Assembly (NCBI GenBank): GCA_037045045.1
Contig: JBAOHL010000007.1
Span: 241,950-305,949 of the forward strand
Direction: 5' to 3'
DNA length: 64,000 nucleotides
From: Dermatophilaceae bacterium
Lineage (GTDB): Bacteria; Actinomycetota; Actinomycetes; Actinomycetales; Dermatophilaceae
The number at the start of each line of letters is the position of its first letter. Positions within the stretch are counted from its first letter, which is position 1. Below the pieces are notes generated by a model. The model saw nothing but the letters and a program-made list of their open reading frames with translations. It ran no database searches and was not told the origin of the DNA. Shown here in pieces: positions 10,492-20,983 of this stretch. Position numbers and translations under genes: made by a program.

Positions 10492-10600
10492 GACCCCCGG
10501 GGCCCAAGGCCCCACGACGACCACCGAATCGACACCGAAGGTCGGCTCCCGGCATACCGCCGGGGACCGAAACCGCGGTGAGGAAGGGCGGAGAAGCCCG

Positions 10601-10999
10601 ATGACCATGACGGACCCCATCGCGGACATGCTCACGCGTGTCCGCAACGCCAACTCGGCACACCACGACAGCGTGTCGATGCCGTTCTCGAAGCTCAAGT
10701 CGAGCATCTCCGAGATCCTCCAGCGCGAGGGCTACATCGCGGGCTGGACCGTCGCCGATGCCGAAGTCGGCAAGACGCTGACGATCACGCTGAAGTACGG
10801 CCCGAACCGCGAACGCTCGATCGCCGGCGTGCGCCGGGTGAGCAAGCCGGGTCTGCGCGTCTACGCCAAGTCGACCAACCTGCCCCGGGTGCTCGGCGGC
10901 CTCGGCGTGGCCATCATCTCCACCTCCACCGGCCTGCTCACCGACCGGCAGGCACACGAGAAGGGCGTCGGCGGGGAAGTCCTCGCCTACGTCTGGTAA
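10601..10999 (+). CDS. rpsH: 30S ribosomal protein S8
   Basis: 132 aa containing [15 protein letters not shown]. The start could be ATG 10601 or ATG 10607. Confidence 0.96.
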   Translation: MTMTDPIADMLTRVRNANSAHHDSVSMPFSKLKSSISEILQREGYIAGWTVADAEVGKTLTITLKYGPNRERSIAGVRRVSKPGLRVYAKSTNLPRVLGGLGVAIISTSTGLLTDRQAHEKGVGGEVLAYVW

Positions 11000-11010
11000 G
11001 GCAGCAGGAC

Positions 11011-11550
11011 ATGTCGCGCATCGGACGTATGCCGGTCCCCGTCCCCACGGGCGTGGACGTCACCATCGACGGCCGGGCCGTCTCCGTCAAGGGCCCCAAG
11101 GGCACGCTCGCGCTCACCGTGGCCGAGCCGATCGCCGTGGCTCGTGGCGAGAGCGGCGCCATCGAGGTGACCCGCCCCGACGACGAGCGCGCTTCGCGCT
11201 CGCTGCACGGGCTGACCCGCACCCTCATCAACAACATGGTCCTCGGGGTGACCGAGGGCTACGAGAAGAAGATGGAGATCGTCGGCACGGGGTACCGCGT
11301 CGTCGCCAAGGGGACCAGCCTCGAGCTGGCCCTGGGCTATAGCCACTCCATCACTGTCGAGGCGCCCCAGGGCATCTCCTTCGTCGTGGAGGCCCCGACC
11401 CGGTTCTCCGTCCAGGGCATCGACAAGCAGCAGGTGGGCGAGGTGGCCGCGAACATCCGCAAGCTGCGCAAGCCCGACCCGTACAAAGGCAAGGGCGTGC
11501 GCTACGCGGGCGAGCACATCCGCCGCAAGGTCGGAAAGGCCGGGAAGTAA
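11011..11550 (+). CDS. rplF: 50S ribosomal protein L6
   Basis: 179 aa starting [17 protein letters not shown]. Confidence 0.97.
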   Translation: MSRIGRMPVPVPTGVDVTIDGRAVSVKGPKGTLALTVAEPIAVARGESGAIEVTRPDDERASRSLHGLTRTLINNMVLGVTEGYEKKMEIVGTGYRVVAKGTSLELALGYSHSITVEAPQGISFVVEAPTRFSVQGIDKQQVGEVAANIRKLRKPDPYKGKGVRYAGEHIRRKVGKAGK

Positions 11551-11553
11551 GCC

Positions 11554-11928
11554 ATGGCAAAGATCGTCAAGCGCGCCTCGAGCAAGGCCGCCGCTCGGAC
11601 CCGCCGCCAGGTACGCGGCCGCAAGAAGATCGCGGGTTCGCCCACTCGTCCTCGGCTGGTGGTCTCTCGCTCCACCCGCCACGTTTTCGTGCAGGTCGTC
11701 GACGACACGGTGGGACGCACCGTCGTGTCGGCATCGACGATGGAGGCCGACCTGCGGGCCTTCGCCGGCGACAAGACGGCCAAGGCCAAGCGCGTCGGCG
11801 AACTGCTCGCCCAGCGCGCCACGGCGGCCGGCATCGAGGCCGTCGTGTTCGACCGGGGCGGCAACAAGTACCACGGCCGCGTCGCGGCACTCGCCGACGG
11901 GGCCCGCGAAGGGGGTCTGTCCCTGTGA
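11554..11928 (+). CDS. rplR: 50S ribosomal protein L18
   Basis: 124 aa with the expected operon position and L18-like C-terminus ([17 protein letters not shown]). Confidence 0.95.
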   Translation: MAKIVKRASSKAAARTRRQVRGRKKIAGSPTRPRLVVSRSTRHVFVQVVDDTVGRTVVSASTMEADLRAFAGDKTAKAKRVGELLAQRATAAGIEAVVFDRGGNKYHGRVAALADGAREGGLSL

Positions 11929-11962
11929 ACGTCACCGCAGCGATCGAGATGAGGAACAGCTG

Positions 11963-12613
11963 ATGCCCGGACCACAGCGTCGAGGCACCGGGGTCGGTAC
12001 CGGCACCGATGCCGGGCCCGAGCGTCGGGGCGACCGCCGCGGCGGCCGCGACGGCCGCGACCGGCGCGACGCCCGCGAGGCGGAGAAGAGCCAGTACGTC
12101 GAGCGGGTCGTGACCATCAACCGGGTCGCCAAGGTCGTCAAGGGCGGCCGGCGGTTCAGCTTCACCGCCCTGGTCGTCGTCGGCGACGGCGACGGCACGG
12201 TCGGCGTGGGCTACGGCAAGGCCAAGGAGGTGCCCTCGGCGATCGCCAAGGGCGTCGAGGAGGCCAAGAAGGCCTTCTTCAAGGTTCCCCGGATCCAGGG
12301 CACCATCCCGCACCCGGTCCAGGGCGAGGCCGCCGCCGGTGTCGTCCTGCTGCGCCCGGCCTCCCCGGGTACCGGCGTCATCGCCGGTGGCCCGGTGCGC
12401 GCCGTCCTCGAGTGCGCCGGCATCCACGACGTGCTGTCCAAGTCGCTCGGCTCGGACAACGCCATCAACATCGTCCACGCGACCGTCGAGGCGCTGCGCT
12501 CCCTGGAGAAGCCCGAGTCGGTCGCCGCTCGCCGCGGTTTGCCCCTGGAAGACGTCGCCCCTGCGGCGATGCTGCGGGCCGCCGCCGCCAAGCCCGTCGG
12601 GGCAGGTGCCTGA
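11963..12613 (+). CDS. rpsE: 30S ribosomal protein S5 with an Arg/Gly-rich N-terminal extension
   Basis: 216 aa with S5 core sequence [19 protein letters not shown]. Confidence 0.96.
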   Translation: MPGPQRRGTGVGTGTDAGPERRGDRRGGRDGRDRRDAREAEKSQYVERVVTINRVAKVVKGGRRFSFTALVVVGDGDGTVGVGYGKAKEVPSAIAKGVEEAKKAFFKVPRIQGTIPHPVQGEAAAGVVLLRPASPGTGVIAGGPVRAVLECAGIHDVLSKSLGSDNAINIVHATVEALRSLEKPESVAARRGLPLEDVAPAAMLRAAAAKPVGAGA

Positions 12614-12795
12614 TGGCCCAGTTGCGGGTGACCCAGATCAAGGGTTGCGTCGGTGCTCAGCGCGAGCACCGCGAGACCCTGCGCTCGCTCGGTCTCAAGC
12701 GGATCGGCGACGTCGTCGTCAAGGCGGACCGCCCCGAGTTCCGGGGCATGGTCCTGGCGGTGCGCCACCTGGTCACCGTCGAGGAGGTTGACTGA
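12613..12795 (+). CDS. rpmD: 50S ribosomal protein L30
   Basis: ATG 12613 ([28 protein letters not shown]) within ORF 12412-12795; 60 aa. It overlaps the rpsE stop by 1 nt. Confidence 0.95.
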   Translation: MAQLRVTQIKGCVGAQREHRETLRSLGLKRIGDVVVKADRPEFRGMVLAVRHLVTVEEVD

Positions 12796-12797
12796 GC

Positions 12798-13274
12798 ATG
12801 ACCGATCAGACTAGCGAGTCGGCCGAGACCGGTCCGACCCTCAAGGTCCATCACCTGCGCCCGGCGCCTGGGGCCAAGACGCCCCGCACCCGGGTCGGGC
12901 GCGGCCAGGGATCCAAGGGTAAGACCGCGGGTCGTGGCACCAAGGGCACCAAGGCCCGCTACCAGGTCCGCGCCGGGTTCGAGGGCGGCCAGATGCCGCT
13001 GCACATGCGCATGCCCAAGCTGCGCGGATTCACCAACCCGTTCCGCACCGTGTACCAGATCGTCAATCTCGACCGGCTCGGGGCGCTCTACCCCGATGGG
13101 GGCGAGGTCACCGTGGCCGACCTCGTCGCCAAGGGCGCCGTCCGCGACGGGATGCCGGTCAAGGTCCTCGGCAGCGGGGAGCTCACCGTCAACATCGCCG
13201 TGACCGTCCACCGCTTCTCCGGTGCCGCCAAGGACAAGATCGAAGCGGCCGGCGGGAGCGCCACCGTCCTGTAG
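12798..13274 (+). CDS. rplO: 50S ribosomal protein L15
   Basis: 158 aa with L15 motifs ([25 protein letters not shown]). Confidence 0.96.
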   Translation: MTDQTSESAETGPTLKVHHLRPAPGAKTPRTRVGRGQGSKGKTAGRGTKGTKARYQVRAGFEGGQMPLHMRMPKLRGFTNPFRTVYQIVNLDRLGALYPDGGEVTVADLVAKGAVRDGMPVKVLGSGELTVNIAVTVHRFSGAAKDKIEAAGGSATVL

Positions 13275-13381
13275 GACGCCTCGACATCGAGGCGACGGAC
13301 GGCCGCGTCCCATCACGGGGTGTTATCGTCCGAAGCGCTCGGTAGGACGACCCGTCGCCCACGGGCGGCACAGGAGGACCA

Positions 13382-14698
13382 GTGCTCACGGCCATCGCCC
13401 GTGCCTTCCGGACCCCGGATCTGCGCTTCAAGTTGCTCTTCACGCTGTTCGTCGTCACGGTGTTCCGCCTCGGTTCGGCCGTGCCGACCCCCGGGGTGAG
13501 CTACACCAAGGTCACCGAGTGCCTGCGCGGAGCGGACCCCGCGGCGGGATTCCTCGGCCTGGCCAACCTGTTCAGCGGCGGCGCATTGCTGCAGTTGTCG
13601 ATCTTCGCGCTGGGGATCATGCCGTATATCACGGCGAGCATCATCATCCAGTTGCTCACCGTCGTCATCCCGCGCTTCGAGGCCCTCAAGAAGGAGGGCC
13701 AGGCGGGGCAGACGAAGATGACGCAGTACACCCGCTACCTCACCATCGGCCTCGCGGTCCTGCAGTCCTCGACGCTCATCACCTTCGCCCGCAACCCCTC
13801 GCGTCTGTTCGGCCCGGAATGCACGGAGATCCTCGTCGACCAGTCCATGGGCACGATCGTCATCATGGTGCTCACCCTCACCGCGGGCACCGGGCTCATC
13901 ATGTGGCTCGCCGAGCTCATCACCGATCGCGGCATCGGCAACGGCATGTCGCTGCTCATCTTCACGTCGATCGCGGCCGGCTTCCCGGGGTCGCTGTGGG
14001 CGATCCAGCAGCAGGAAGGACGCTGGGACGTCTTCATCGGCGTCATCCTCGTCGGCTTCCTCGTGATGGCCCTGGTGATCTTCGTCGAGCAGTCCCAGCG
14101 GCGCGTTCCCGTGCAGTACGCCAAGCGTCAAGTAGGGCGTCGAATGTACGGCGGCTCCTCGACGTACATCCCGCTCAAGGTCAACATGGCCGGCGTCATC
14201 CCGGTGATCTTCGCGAGTTCGCTGCTGGCATTGCCGGCGCTCGTCGCCCAGTTCGCCGACCCCCAGGACGGCACCGCTCCACCGGCGTGGGCCCAGTGGA
14301 TCACCGCGAACCTCGTCCGCGGCGACCACCCCATCTACATGGCGGTCTACGTCGGGCTCATCCTCTTCTTCACGTTCTTCTACGTGTCGATCACCTTCAA
14401 CCCCGTCGAAGTCGCCGACAACATGAAGAGCTACGGCGGGTTCATCCCCGGCATTCGCGCCGGGCGGCCCACCGCGGAATACCTCTCCTACGTGCTCAAC
14501 CGGATCACCGTGCCCGGGGCGATCTACCTCGCCGCGATTTCGCTCATTCCGCTCATCGCACTCGTCCTCTTCAACGCCAACCAGAACTTCCCCTTCGGTG
14601 GTACCTCTATTCTCATCATCGTCGGCGTCGGCCTGGAGACGGTGAAGCAGATCCAGGCCCAGCTGCAGCAGCGGAACTACGAAGGGTTCCTCAAATGA
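13382..14698 (+). CDS. secY: preprotein translocase subunit SecY
   Basis: 438 aa from GTG 13382, multi-pass membrane protein. Contains [26 protein letters not shown]. Confidence 0.97.
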   Translation: MLTAIARAFRTPDLRFKLLFTLFVVTVFRLGSAVPTPGVSYTKVTECLRGADPAAGFLGLANLFSGGALLQLSIFALGIMPYITASIIIQLLTVVIPRFEALKKEGQAGQTKMTQYTRYLTIGLAVLQSSTLITFARNPSRLFGPECTEILVDQSMGTIVIMVLTLTAGTGLIMWLAELITDRGIGNGMSLLIFTSIAAGFPGSLWAIQQQEGRWDVFIGVILVGFLVMALVIFVEQSQRRVPVQYAKRQVGRRMYGGSSTYIPLKVNMAGVIPVIFASSLLALPALVAQFADPQDGTAPPAWAQWITANLVRGDHPIYMAVYVGLILFFTFFYVSITFNPVEVADNMKSYGGFIPGIRAGRPTAEYLSYVLNRITVPGAIYLAAISLIPLIALVLFNANQNFPFGGTSILIIVGVGLETVKQIQAQLQQRNYEGFLK

Positions 14699-15267
14699 GA
14701 CTTATCCTCATGGGCCCTCCCGGTGCCGGAAAGGGCACCCAGGCCACGGGCATCGCCGAGCGTCTCGGCATCCCGGCGATCTCGACGGGCGACATCTTCC
14801 GCAGCAACATCAAGAACGAGACCGACTTGGGCCGTCAAGTCAAGGAGATCACCGCCAGCGGCGGCTACGTCCCGGACGAGCTCACCAACGCGATCGTGCG
14901 CGACCGCCTCGGCGAACCCGATGCGGCCGGGGGTTTCCTGCTCGACGGCTACCCCCGCACCGTCGGGCAGGTCGGCTACCTCGACGAGCTGCTCGCCGGT
15001 CAGGGCCACCGGATCGACGCCGTGCTCGAGCTCACCGCCGATGAGGACGCCCTCGTGGCCCGGCTGTTGCAGCGTGCCCAGGACCAAGGTCGGGCCGACG
15101 ACACCGAGGCGGTCATCCGTCGGCGGATGGAGGTCTACCGGTCCGAGACCGAGCCGCTGACCGCCATCTACGCCGAGCACGGCGTGCTGCACCAGGTCGA
15201 CGGGCTCGGCACCGTCGAGGCGGTCGGCCAGCGGCTCGCCGACGCGGTCGCCGCCGTCGCCGACTGA
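14695..15267 (+). CDS. adk: adenylate kinase
   Basis: ATG 14695 ([18 protein letters not shown]-loop) within the long track ORF 13222-15267. ATGA overlap with secY; 190 aa. Confidence 0.96.
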   Translation: MRLILMGPPGAGKGTQATGIAERLGIPAISTGDIFRSNIKNETDLGRQVKEITASGGYVPDELTNAIVRDRLGEPDAAGGFLLDGYPRTVGQVGYLDELLAGQGHRIDAVLELTADEDALVARLLQRAQDQGRADDTEAVIRRRMEVYRSETEPLTAIYAEHGVLHQVDGLGTVEAVGQRLADAVAAVAD

Positions 15268-15268
15268 G

Positions 15269-16114
15269 GTGCTCGGCCGCCGCCACACGCCGGGACGCAC
15301 GGATGCCCAGTTGCTGCGCATGCGGGCTGCCGGTCTGCTCGTCGGACGCACCCTGGCCGCCCTCGTCGAAGCGAGCCGTCCTGGCGTGCGGACCGCCGAC
15401 CTGGACCGCCTGGCCGAGACCTTCATCCGTGACCACGGCGGGGTCCCGTCCTTCCCCGAGGTCCCCGGCTACCGGCATACCTTGTGCACGTCGGTCAACG
15501 ACCAGGTCGTCCACGGGATCCCCGGTCCCTACGTCCTGCGCGAGGGCGACCTGCTGTCCATCGACTGTGGAGCCATCGTCACGGGCTGGCACGGCGATGC
15601 CGCGCTGACCCTCGTCGTCGGTGGTCCGCAGGCGGCCCGCCCGGCCGACGCGCTCCTCAACACGGCGACCGAACACTCCCTCTGGGCGGGGATCGCAGCG
15701 CTCGCGGTGGGGGAGCGACTGTATGCCGTCGGGGAGGCGATCGAGGGAGCCATCACGGACAGTGCCGCACGCGACGGGCTCAGCTACGGGATCGTCGAGG
15801 ACTACGTCGGGCATGGCATCGGGACCGAGATGCACGAGGATCCACAGATCTACAACTACGGGGTCCGAGACAAGGGTCCCAAGGTCCGCGCGGGGTTCAC
15901 CGGAGCCCTGGAGCCCATGGTGACCCTCGGCAGCCCGAGCACTCGCGTGCTGGCCGACCAGTGGACCGTCGTCACGCAGGACGGGTCGCGAGCGGCCCAC
16001 TGGGAGCACACCGTGGCGGTGCGCGACGAGGGGCTGTGGGTGCTCACCGCCCCGGACGGCGGCCAGGACCGACTGCACAGCCTCGGGGCGGCCTACGCAC
16101 CCGTGACGGAGTGA
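15269..16114 (+). CDS. map: type I methionine aminopeptidase
   Basis: 281 aa from GTG 15269. Metal-ligand contexts are present: DLLSIDCGA, HGIGTEMHEDP, TLEPMV, WEHTVAV. Confidence 0.94.
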   Translation: MLGRRHTPGRTDAQLLRMRAAGLLVGRTLAALVEASRPGVRTADLDRLAETFIRDHGGVPSFPEVPGYRHTLCTSVNDQVVHGIPGPYVLREGDLLSIDCGAIVTGWHGDAALTLVVGGPQAARPADALLNTATEHSLWAGIAALAVGERLYAVGEAIEGAITDSAARDGLSYGIVEDYVGHGIGTEMHEDPQIYNYGVRDKGPKVRAGFTGALEPMVTLGSPSTRVLADQWTVVTQDGSRAAHWEHTVAVRDEGLWVLTAPDGGQDRLHSLGAAYAPVTE

Positions 16115-16117
16115 CGC

Positions 16118-16486
16118 ATGGGTACCGTCGAGGACTACCTCGCCACCGTCGAACCGAGTCGACGGGCCGCCCTGGCCCGGGTGGTCGACCGAGCCCGGGC
16201 CTTGATCCCCGAGGTCACCGAGGGCACGAGTTACGCGATGCCGGCGCTGATGTACCGCGACAAGCCCCTGCTTGCGGCGATATCGGCGAAGGACCACCTC
16301 GCGATCTACCCGTTCAGCGGCTCGGTGATCTCGGCAGTCGCCGCGGACCTGGCGGGCTTCGCCCTGTCGAAGGGGACGATCCGGTTCCAGGTCGACGCGC
16401 CCGTCCCGGACGACGTCCTTGCCCGGATCGTCCTGGCCCGCCGCGCCGAGATCGACGCCAAGGCGCCCCGGTCCCGGAAGGGCTGA
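16118..16486 (+). CDS. DUF1801 (YdhG-like) domain protein
   Basis: 122 aa. The pattern [19 protein letters not shown]...SYAMPALMY...[14 protein letters not shown] is typical of the DUF1801 family (recognition from memory). Confidence 0.6.
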   Translation: MGTVEDYLATVEPSRRAALARVVDRARALIPEVTEGTSYAMPALMYRDKPLLAAISAKDHLAIYPFSGSVISAVAADLAGFALSKGTIRFQVDAPVPDDVLARIVLARRAEIDAKAPRSRKG

Positions 16487-16636
16487 GGGCAGAGCGCCGG
16501 GGAGGTCCGGCCCGCGGCACAGGCGATTTCGGGGTATGCCGGCCGGTGCCGTACGATATCCCGTTGGGTGTCGCGTGCTCGAGACGCCCGTTTCACACTG
16601 TCACGGGCACGCCAGCACCACGGATCGACGGAGGAT

Positions 16637-16858
16637 ATGGCCAAGAAGGACGGGGTCATCGAGATCGAGGGCACCATCGTCGAGGCGCTCCCGAACGCGA
16701 TGTTCCGGGTCGAGCTCACGAACGGGCACAAGGTGCTCGCCCACATCTCGGGCAAGATGCGTCAGCACTACATCCGCATCCTTCCCGAGGACCGGGTCGT
16801 CGTCGAACTCTCACCTTACGACTTGTCCCGAGGCCGGATCGTCTTCCGCTACCGCTAG
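16637..16858 (+). CDS. infA: translation initiation factor IF-1
   Basis: ATG 16637 preceded by GGAGGA. The sequence starts [27 protein letters not shown]; 73 aa. Confidence 0.97.
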   Translation: MAKKDGVIEIEGTIVEALPNAMFRVELTNGHKVLAHISGKMRQHYIRILPEDRVVVELSPYDLSRGRIVFRYR

Positions 16859-16961
16859 TCCGACCGGACCGGCACACCCGCTGTACCCGAACCCACCGCA
16901 CTGGGGGTTGCTCCGGCCCGGCCGGCAGCTCCCGGCGCACGACCTGCGAAGACACGAGGCG

Positions 16962-17075
16962 ATGAAGGTCAAGCCGAGCGTCAAGAAGATCTGCGACAAG
17001 TGCAAGGTGATCCGCCGCAACGGGCGGGTCATGGTGATCTGCGAGAACCTGCGCCACAAGCAGCGCCAGGGCTGA
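16962..17075 (+). CDS. rpmJ: 50S ribosomal protein L36 (Cys-containing zinc form)
   Basis: ATG 16962 within ORF 16419-17075, encoding [37 protein letters not shown]. Confidence 0.96.
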   Translation: MKVKPSVKKICDKCKVIRRNGRVMVICENLRHKQRQG

Positions 17076-17311
17076 CCGCGGCCTCACCGCCAGGCACGAC
17101 CCGCGGGTCCTCCACCGGACGCGCACCGCACAACTGCACATGGCAACACCCGGCCCCTGGTCCACGACCAGGACGTCACCCCCGGCACGGAGGCCGGGGA
17201 CCGGCGGGCTCTGGCAGCCCGCGCCGACCGACCGCCCACCCGGCGATCGAACGGCATATCGGAACGGTGTTGTCGACAGACCTCCGCGAACGATCAGGAG
17301 ATCCACCGCAT

Positions 17312-17692
17312 ATGGCACGTCTCATCGGCGTCGACCTGCCGCGCGACAAGCGCGTCGAGGTCGGCCTGACCTACATCTTCGGTGTGGGTCGCACGATCGC
17401 CCGGCAGGCGCTGGCCGCCACCGGCGTCAACCCCGACACCCGGGTCAAGGACCTCGGCGACACCGATCTGGTGGCGCTGCGGGACTACCTCGAGGGCAAC
17501 GTCAAGATGGAGGGCGACCTACGCCGCGAGATCGCGGCCGACATCCGTCGCAAGGTCGAGATCGGCTCCTACGAAGGGCTGCGGCACCGTCGCGGTCTGC
17601 CCGTGCGCGGCCAGCGCACGAAGACCAACGCGCGCACCCGTAAGGGTCCCAAGCGCACGGTCGCCGGGAAGAAGAAGGCCGGCAAGCACTAG
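17312..17692 (+). CDS. rpsM: 30S ribosomal protein S13
   Basis: ATG 17312 ([26 protein letters not shown]) within ORF 17000-17692; 126 aa. Confidence 0.97.
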   Translation: MARLIGVDLPRDKRVEVGLTYIFGVGRTIARQALAATGVNPDTRVKDLGDTDLVALRDYLEGNVKMEGDLRREIAADIRRKVEIGSYEGLRHRRGLPVRGQRTKTNARTRKGPKRTVAGKKKAGKH

Positions 17693-17798
17693 CCCGCCAG
17701 GCCCTTCGCCGGGCGCGGGCGCCCGCCTGCGCTACTCGCGACGCGGGCTTCGACCCGCCACCGCAGCTGACACGACCGTCTCGTAGGAAGAAGCAGAT

Positions 17799-18206
17799 AT
17801 GCCTCCCAAGGGCCGCCAGGCCACCGGCGCCAAGAAGGTGCGCCGCAAGGAGAAGAAGAACGTCGCCCACGGGCACGCTCACATCAAGAGCACGTTCAAC
17901 AACACGATCATCTCGATCACCGATCCCACCGGCGCGGTGATCTCGTGGGCCTCGGCCGGCCAGGTCGGCTTCAAGGGCTCGCGCAAGTCCACCCCGTATG
18001 CCGCGCAGATGGCCGCCGAGGCCGCCGCCCGCCGGGCGATGGAGCACGGCATGCGCAAGGTCGACGTCTTCGTCAAGGGCCCCGGTTCGGGCCGCGAGAC
18101 GGCGATCCGTTCGCTCACCGCCGCCGGCCTGGAGGTCGGCGCGATCAGCGATGTCACGCCCTCGCCGCACAACGGCGTCCGTCCGCCCAAGCGCCGGCGC
18201 GTCTGA
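17799..18206 (+). CDS. rpsK: 30S ribosomal protein S11
   Basis: 135 aa containing [18 protein letters not shown]. Confidence 0.97.
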   Translation: MPPKGRQATGAKKVRRKEKKNVAHGHAHIKSTFNNTIISITDPTGAVISWASAGQVGFKGSRKSTPYAAQMAAEAAARRAMEHGMRKVDVFVKGPGSGRETAIRSLTAAGLEVGAISDVTPSPHNGVRPPKRRRV

Positions 18207-18231
18207 GCCGCAGAAGGAGATCGCGAAACTC

Positions 18232-18840
18232 ATGGCTCGGTACACCGGCCCCATCACCAAGAAGTCTCGTCGGCTCAAGGTCGACCTCGTCGGCGGCGAC
18301 CGCCACTTCGAGATGCGTCCCTTCCCCCCCGGACAGCACGGACGGCGGCGCATCTCCGAGAAGGAGTACCTCACCCAGCTGCAGGAGAAGCAGAAGGCCC
18401 GCTTCACCTACGGCGTCATGGAGAAGCAGTTCCGTCGCTACTACCAGGAGGCGGCCAACCGCCCCGGCAAGACCGGTGACAACCTCCTGCAGATCCTCGA
18501 GTCGCGCCTGGACAACGTCGTCTACCGCGCGGGCCTGGCCCGCACCCGCCGCCAGTCCCGTCAGCTGGTCACCCACGGCCACTTCGAGGTCAACGGCAAG
18601 CGCGTGGACGTGCCGAGCTACCGGGTCGAGCAGTACGACATCATCACGGTGCGCAAGCAGTCCGTCGAGACGTTCCCGTTCGAGCTGGCCCGCCAGACCT
18701 ACGGCGAGCGCCCGGTGCCGGCCTGGATGCAGGTCATTGAGGGGTCGTTGACCATCCTCATCCACCAGCTGCCGGTGCGCGCCCAGATCGACACCATCCT
18801 CACCGAACAGCTCATCGTCGAGCTCTACTCGAAGAACTGA
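18232..18840 (+). CDS. rpsD: 30S ribosomal protein S4
   Basis: ATG 18232 (MARYTGPITKKSRRL) within ORF 17998-18840; 202 aa. Confidence 0.96.
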   Translation: MARYTGPITKKSRRLKVDLVGGDRHFEMRPFPPGQHGRRRISEKEYLTQLQEKQKARFTYGVMEKQFRRYYQEAANRPGKTGDNLLQILESRLDNVVYRAGLARTRRQSRQLVTHGHFEVNGKRVDVPSYRVEQYDIITVRKQSVETFPFELARQTYGERPVPAWMQVIEGSLTILIHQLPVRAQIDTILTEQLIVELYSKN

Positions 18841-18965
18841 CCGGGATGCCGCCCGCCCGCCGCTGAGGCGAGCACGCGGCATACCGGCACTCACCGGCCA
18901 CGGACAGAGGTGCGCCGGGTCGTCACGAGGCGTCATATAGCGGGCGCCCGTGGGAAGGAAGAACA

Positions 18966-20012
18966 GTGCTCATCGCACAGCGTCCGTTGCTCAGCGAAGA
19001 GGTCGTCGCGGACCACCGCTCGCGCTTCGTCATCGAACCGCTCGAGCCCGGTTTTGGCTACACCCTCGGCAACTCTCTGCGCCGCACCCTGCTGTCCAGC
19101 ATCCCCGGCGCGGCCGTGACCTCGATCCGCATCGACGGGGTCCTGCACGAGTTCCAGACCATCCCGGGGTGCAAGGAGGACGTCACCGAGATGATCCTCA
19201 ACATCAAGGGGCTGGTCGTCTCCTCCGAGCACGACGAGCCGGTCGTCATGTACCTGCGCAAGCAGGGGCCCGGCATGGTCACCGCGGCCGACATCGCCCC
19301 GCCCGCCGGGGTCGAGGTGCACAACCCCGACCTGCACATCGCCACCCTCAACGCCAAGGGCCGTATGGAGATGGAGCTGACCGTCGAGCGCGGTCGCGGG
19401 TACGTCTCGGCCCAGCAGAACAAGTCCGGCGACCAGGAGATCGGGCGCATCCCCGTCGACTCGATCTACAGCCCGGTGCTTGCCGTGACGTACAAGGTCG
19501 AGGCGACTCGCGTCGAGCAGCGCACCGACTTCGACCGGCTCATCGTCGACGTCGAGACCAAGTCCGCGATGGCTCCCCGCGACGCGATGGCCTCGGCCGG
19601 CAAGACCCTGGTCGAGCTGTTCGGCCTGGCCCGCGAGCTCAACGTCGACGCCGAGGGCATCGACATGGGCCCGTCGCCGACCGACGCCGCCCTCGCCGCC
19701 GACCTCGCCCTGCCGATCGAGGACCTCGACCTCACGGTCCGCTCGTACAACTGCCTCAAGCGCGAGGGCATCCACACCGTCGGCGAGCTCGTCGGCCGCA
19801 GCGAGGCCGACCTGCTCGACATCCGCAACTTCGGCGCGAAGTCGATCGACGAGGTCAAGGCCAAGCTCGCCGGCATGGGCCTGGCCCTCAAGGACAGCCC
19901 GCCCGGCTTCGACCCGTCCTCGATCGTCGACTCGTACGGCGAGGACTTCGACACCTTCGACGACGACGGCGGCGACGACGGCCGGCTGCTCGCCGAGGAC
20001 GAGCAGCTCTAA
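18966..20012 (+). CDS. rpoA: DNA-directed RNA polymerase subunit alpha
   Basis: 348 aa from GTG 18966 with an upstream GGAAGGA. Contains [31 protein letters not shown] and the C-terminal domain sequence [22 protein letters not shown]. Confidence 0.97.
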   Translation: MLIAQRPLLSEEVVADHRSRFVIEPLEPGFGYTLGNSLRRTLLSSIPGAAVTSIRIDGVLHEFQTIPGCKEDVTEMILNIKGLVVSSEHDEPVVMYLRKQGPGMVTAADIAPPAGVEVHNPDLHIATLNAKGRMEMELTVERGRGYVSAQQNKSGDQEIGRIPVDSIYSPVLAVTYKVEATRVEQRTDFDRLIVDVETKSAMAPRDAMASAGKTLVELFGLARELNVDAEGIDMGPSPTDAALAADLALPIEDLDLTVRSYNCLKREGIHTVGELVGRSEADLLDIRNFGAKSIDEVKAKLAGMGLALKDSPPGFDPSSIVDSYGEDFDTFDDDGGDDGRLLAEDEQL

Positions 20013-20045
20013 GCACCCGCCGGACTTCGACCAAGGAGAACACCC

Positions 20046-20840
20046 ATGCCAACCCCTGCCAAGGGTCCCCGTCTCGGTGGCGGTCCGGCGCACGAGCGGC
20101 TGCTGCTCGCGGGCCTGGCCACGTCGCTGTTCGAGCACGACCGGATCACGACGACCCAGGCCAAGGCCAAGCGGCTGCGGCCCCTGGCCGAGCGCCTGGT
20201 CACCTTCGCCAAGCGTGGCGACCTGCACGCCCGCCGTCGGGTGCTCACGGTGGTGCGCGACAAGGGCGTCGTGCACCGCCTGTTCACCGAGATCGCGCCG
20301 GATATGGCCAAGCGCGAGGGCGGCTACACGCGGATTACCAAGATCGGCCCCCGCAAGGGCGACAACGCCCCGATGGCGGTCATCGAACTCGTCCGTGAGC
20401 CGTTGTCGGCGAAGAGGGCCACCGTCAAGGAGGCCGAAGCCGCGACGAAACGGGCCGCGAAGGACCGGGCCGCCAAGGACGAGGCGGCCAAGCCGCAGGA
20501 GGCCTCGCCGCAGGATGGCGAGCCGCAGGACGCTTTGGTCCTCGACGACGCGGCCACCGACGTGCCGGCCACCGGCGCCGCGTCGCTCACCGGCGAAATC
20601 GACGACGCGCCCGTGACCGACGCCGACGGCGGCTACGGGCCCGACTCGGCCGCGCCGCTGGCGGACGACTCGGCACCTGAGGGGTTCACGATCAAGGGCA
20701 ACGCCGACTCGATGATGTACCACGAGCCGGACGGCCGCTGGTATGACCAGACCGTCGCCGAGGTGTGGTTCCGCACCGCGGCGGCCGCCGAGGCGGCCGG
20801 GTTCACCAAGGCCGGCGCCCCGAGCACCGACGACGCCTAG
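20046..20840 (+). CDS. rplQ: 50S ribosomal protein L17 with a roughly 145-aa C-terminal extension ending in a small IKGN...YH.P motif domain
   Basis: 264 aa. The L17 core is [21 protein letters not shown]...[25 protein letters not shown]. The same frame continues without a stop into an acidic/Ala-rich linker and then [24 protein letters not shown]...[17 protein letters not shown]. Confidence 0.93.
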   Translation: MPTPAKGPRLGGGPAHERLLLAGLATSLFEHDRITTTQAKAKRLRPLAERLVTFAKRGDLHARRRVLTVVRDKGVVHRLFTEIAPDMAKREGGYTRITKIGPRKGDNAPMAVIELVREPLSAKRATVKEAEAATKRAAKDRAAKDEAAKPQEASPQDGEPQDALVLDDAATDVPATGAASLTGEIDDAPVTDADGGYGPDSAAPLADDSAPEGFTIKGNADSMMYHEPDGRWYDQTVAEVWFRTAAAAEAAGFTKAGAPSTDDA

Positions 20841-20983
20841 CGAGGCCGGCACGGCATACCGGCATTGCGCCGGCCCCGGACGGGCCCCACCGGCAACGGT
20901 GCGGGCCCGTCCGGCTGCCGTCTCAGATCGGCCGGTCCATGCCGCCCGATGGTATGCCGCGCGGCATACGTGAAGATGAGGGC

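Noticed and set aside
13222-15267. 681-aa track ORF spanning the secY region and adk.
   Set aside because: Only the last 190 codons (from ATG 14695) encode adenylate kinase. The upstream part is an alternate frame of secY with Arg/Pro-rich nonsense composition.
16528-16557. Possible infA promoter: -10 TACGAT at 16552-16557 with a weak -35 TTCGGG 18 nt upstream.
   Set aside because: The -10 hexamer is plausible, but the -35 is poor and there is no independent support, so it is not listed as a feature. The octamer copy at 16534 lies in the putative spacer.
20400-20840. The rplQ C-terminal extension as a separate downstream gene.
   Set aside because: There is no stop codon between the L17 core and the tail in this frame, and no internal start with a ribosome-binding site. 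It is treated as a single ORF, with the caveat that a sequencing frameshift would change this.
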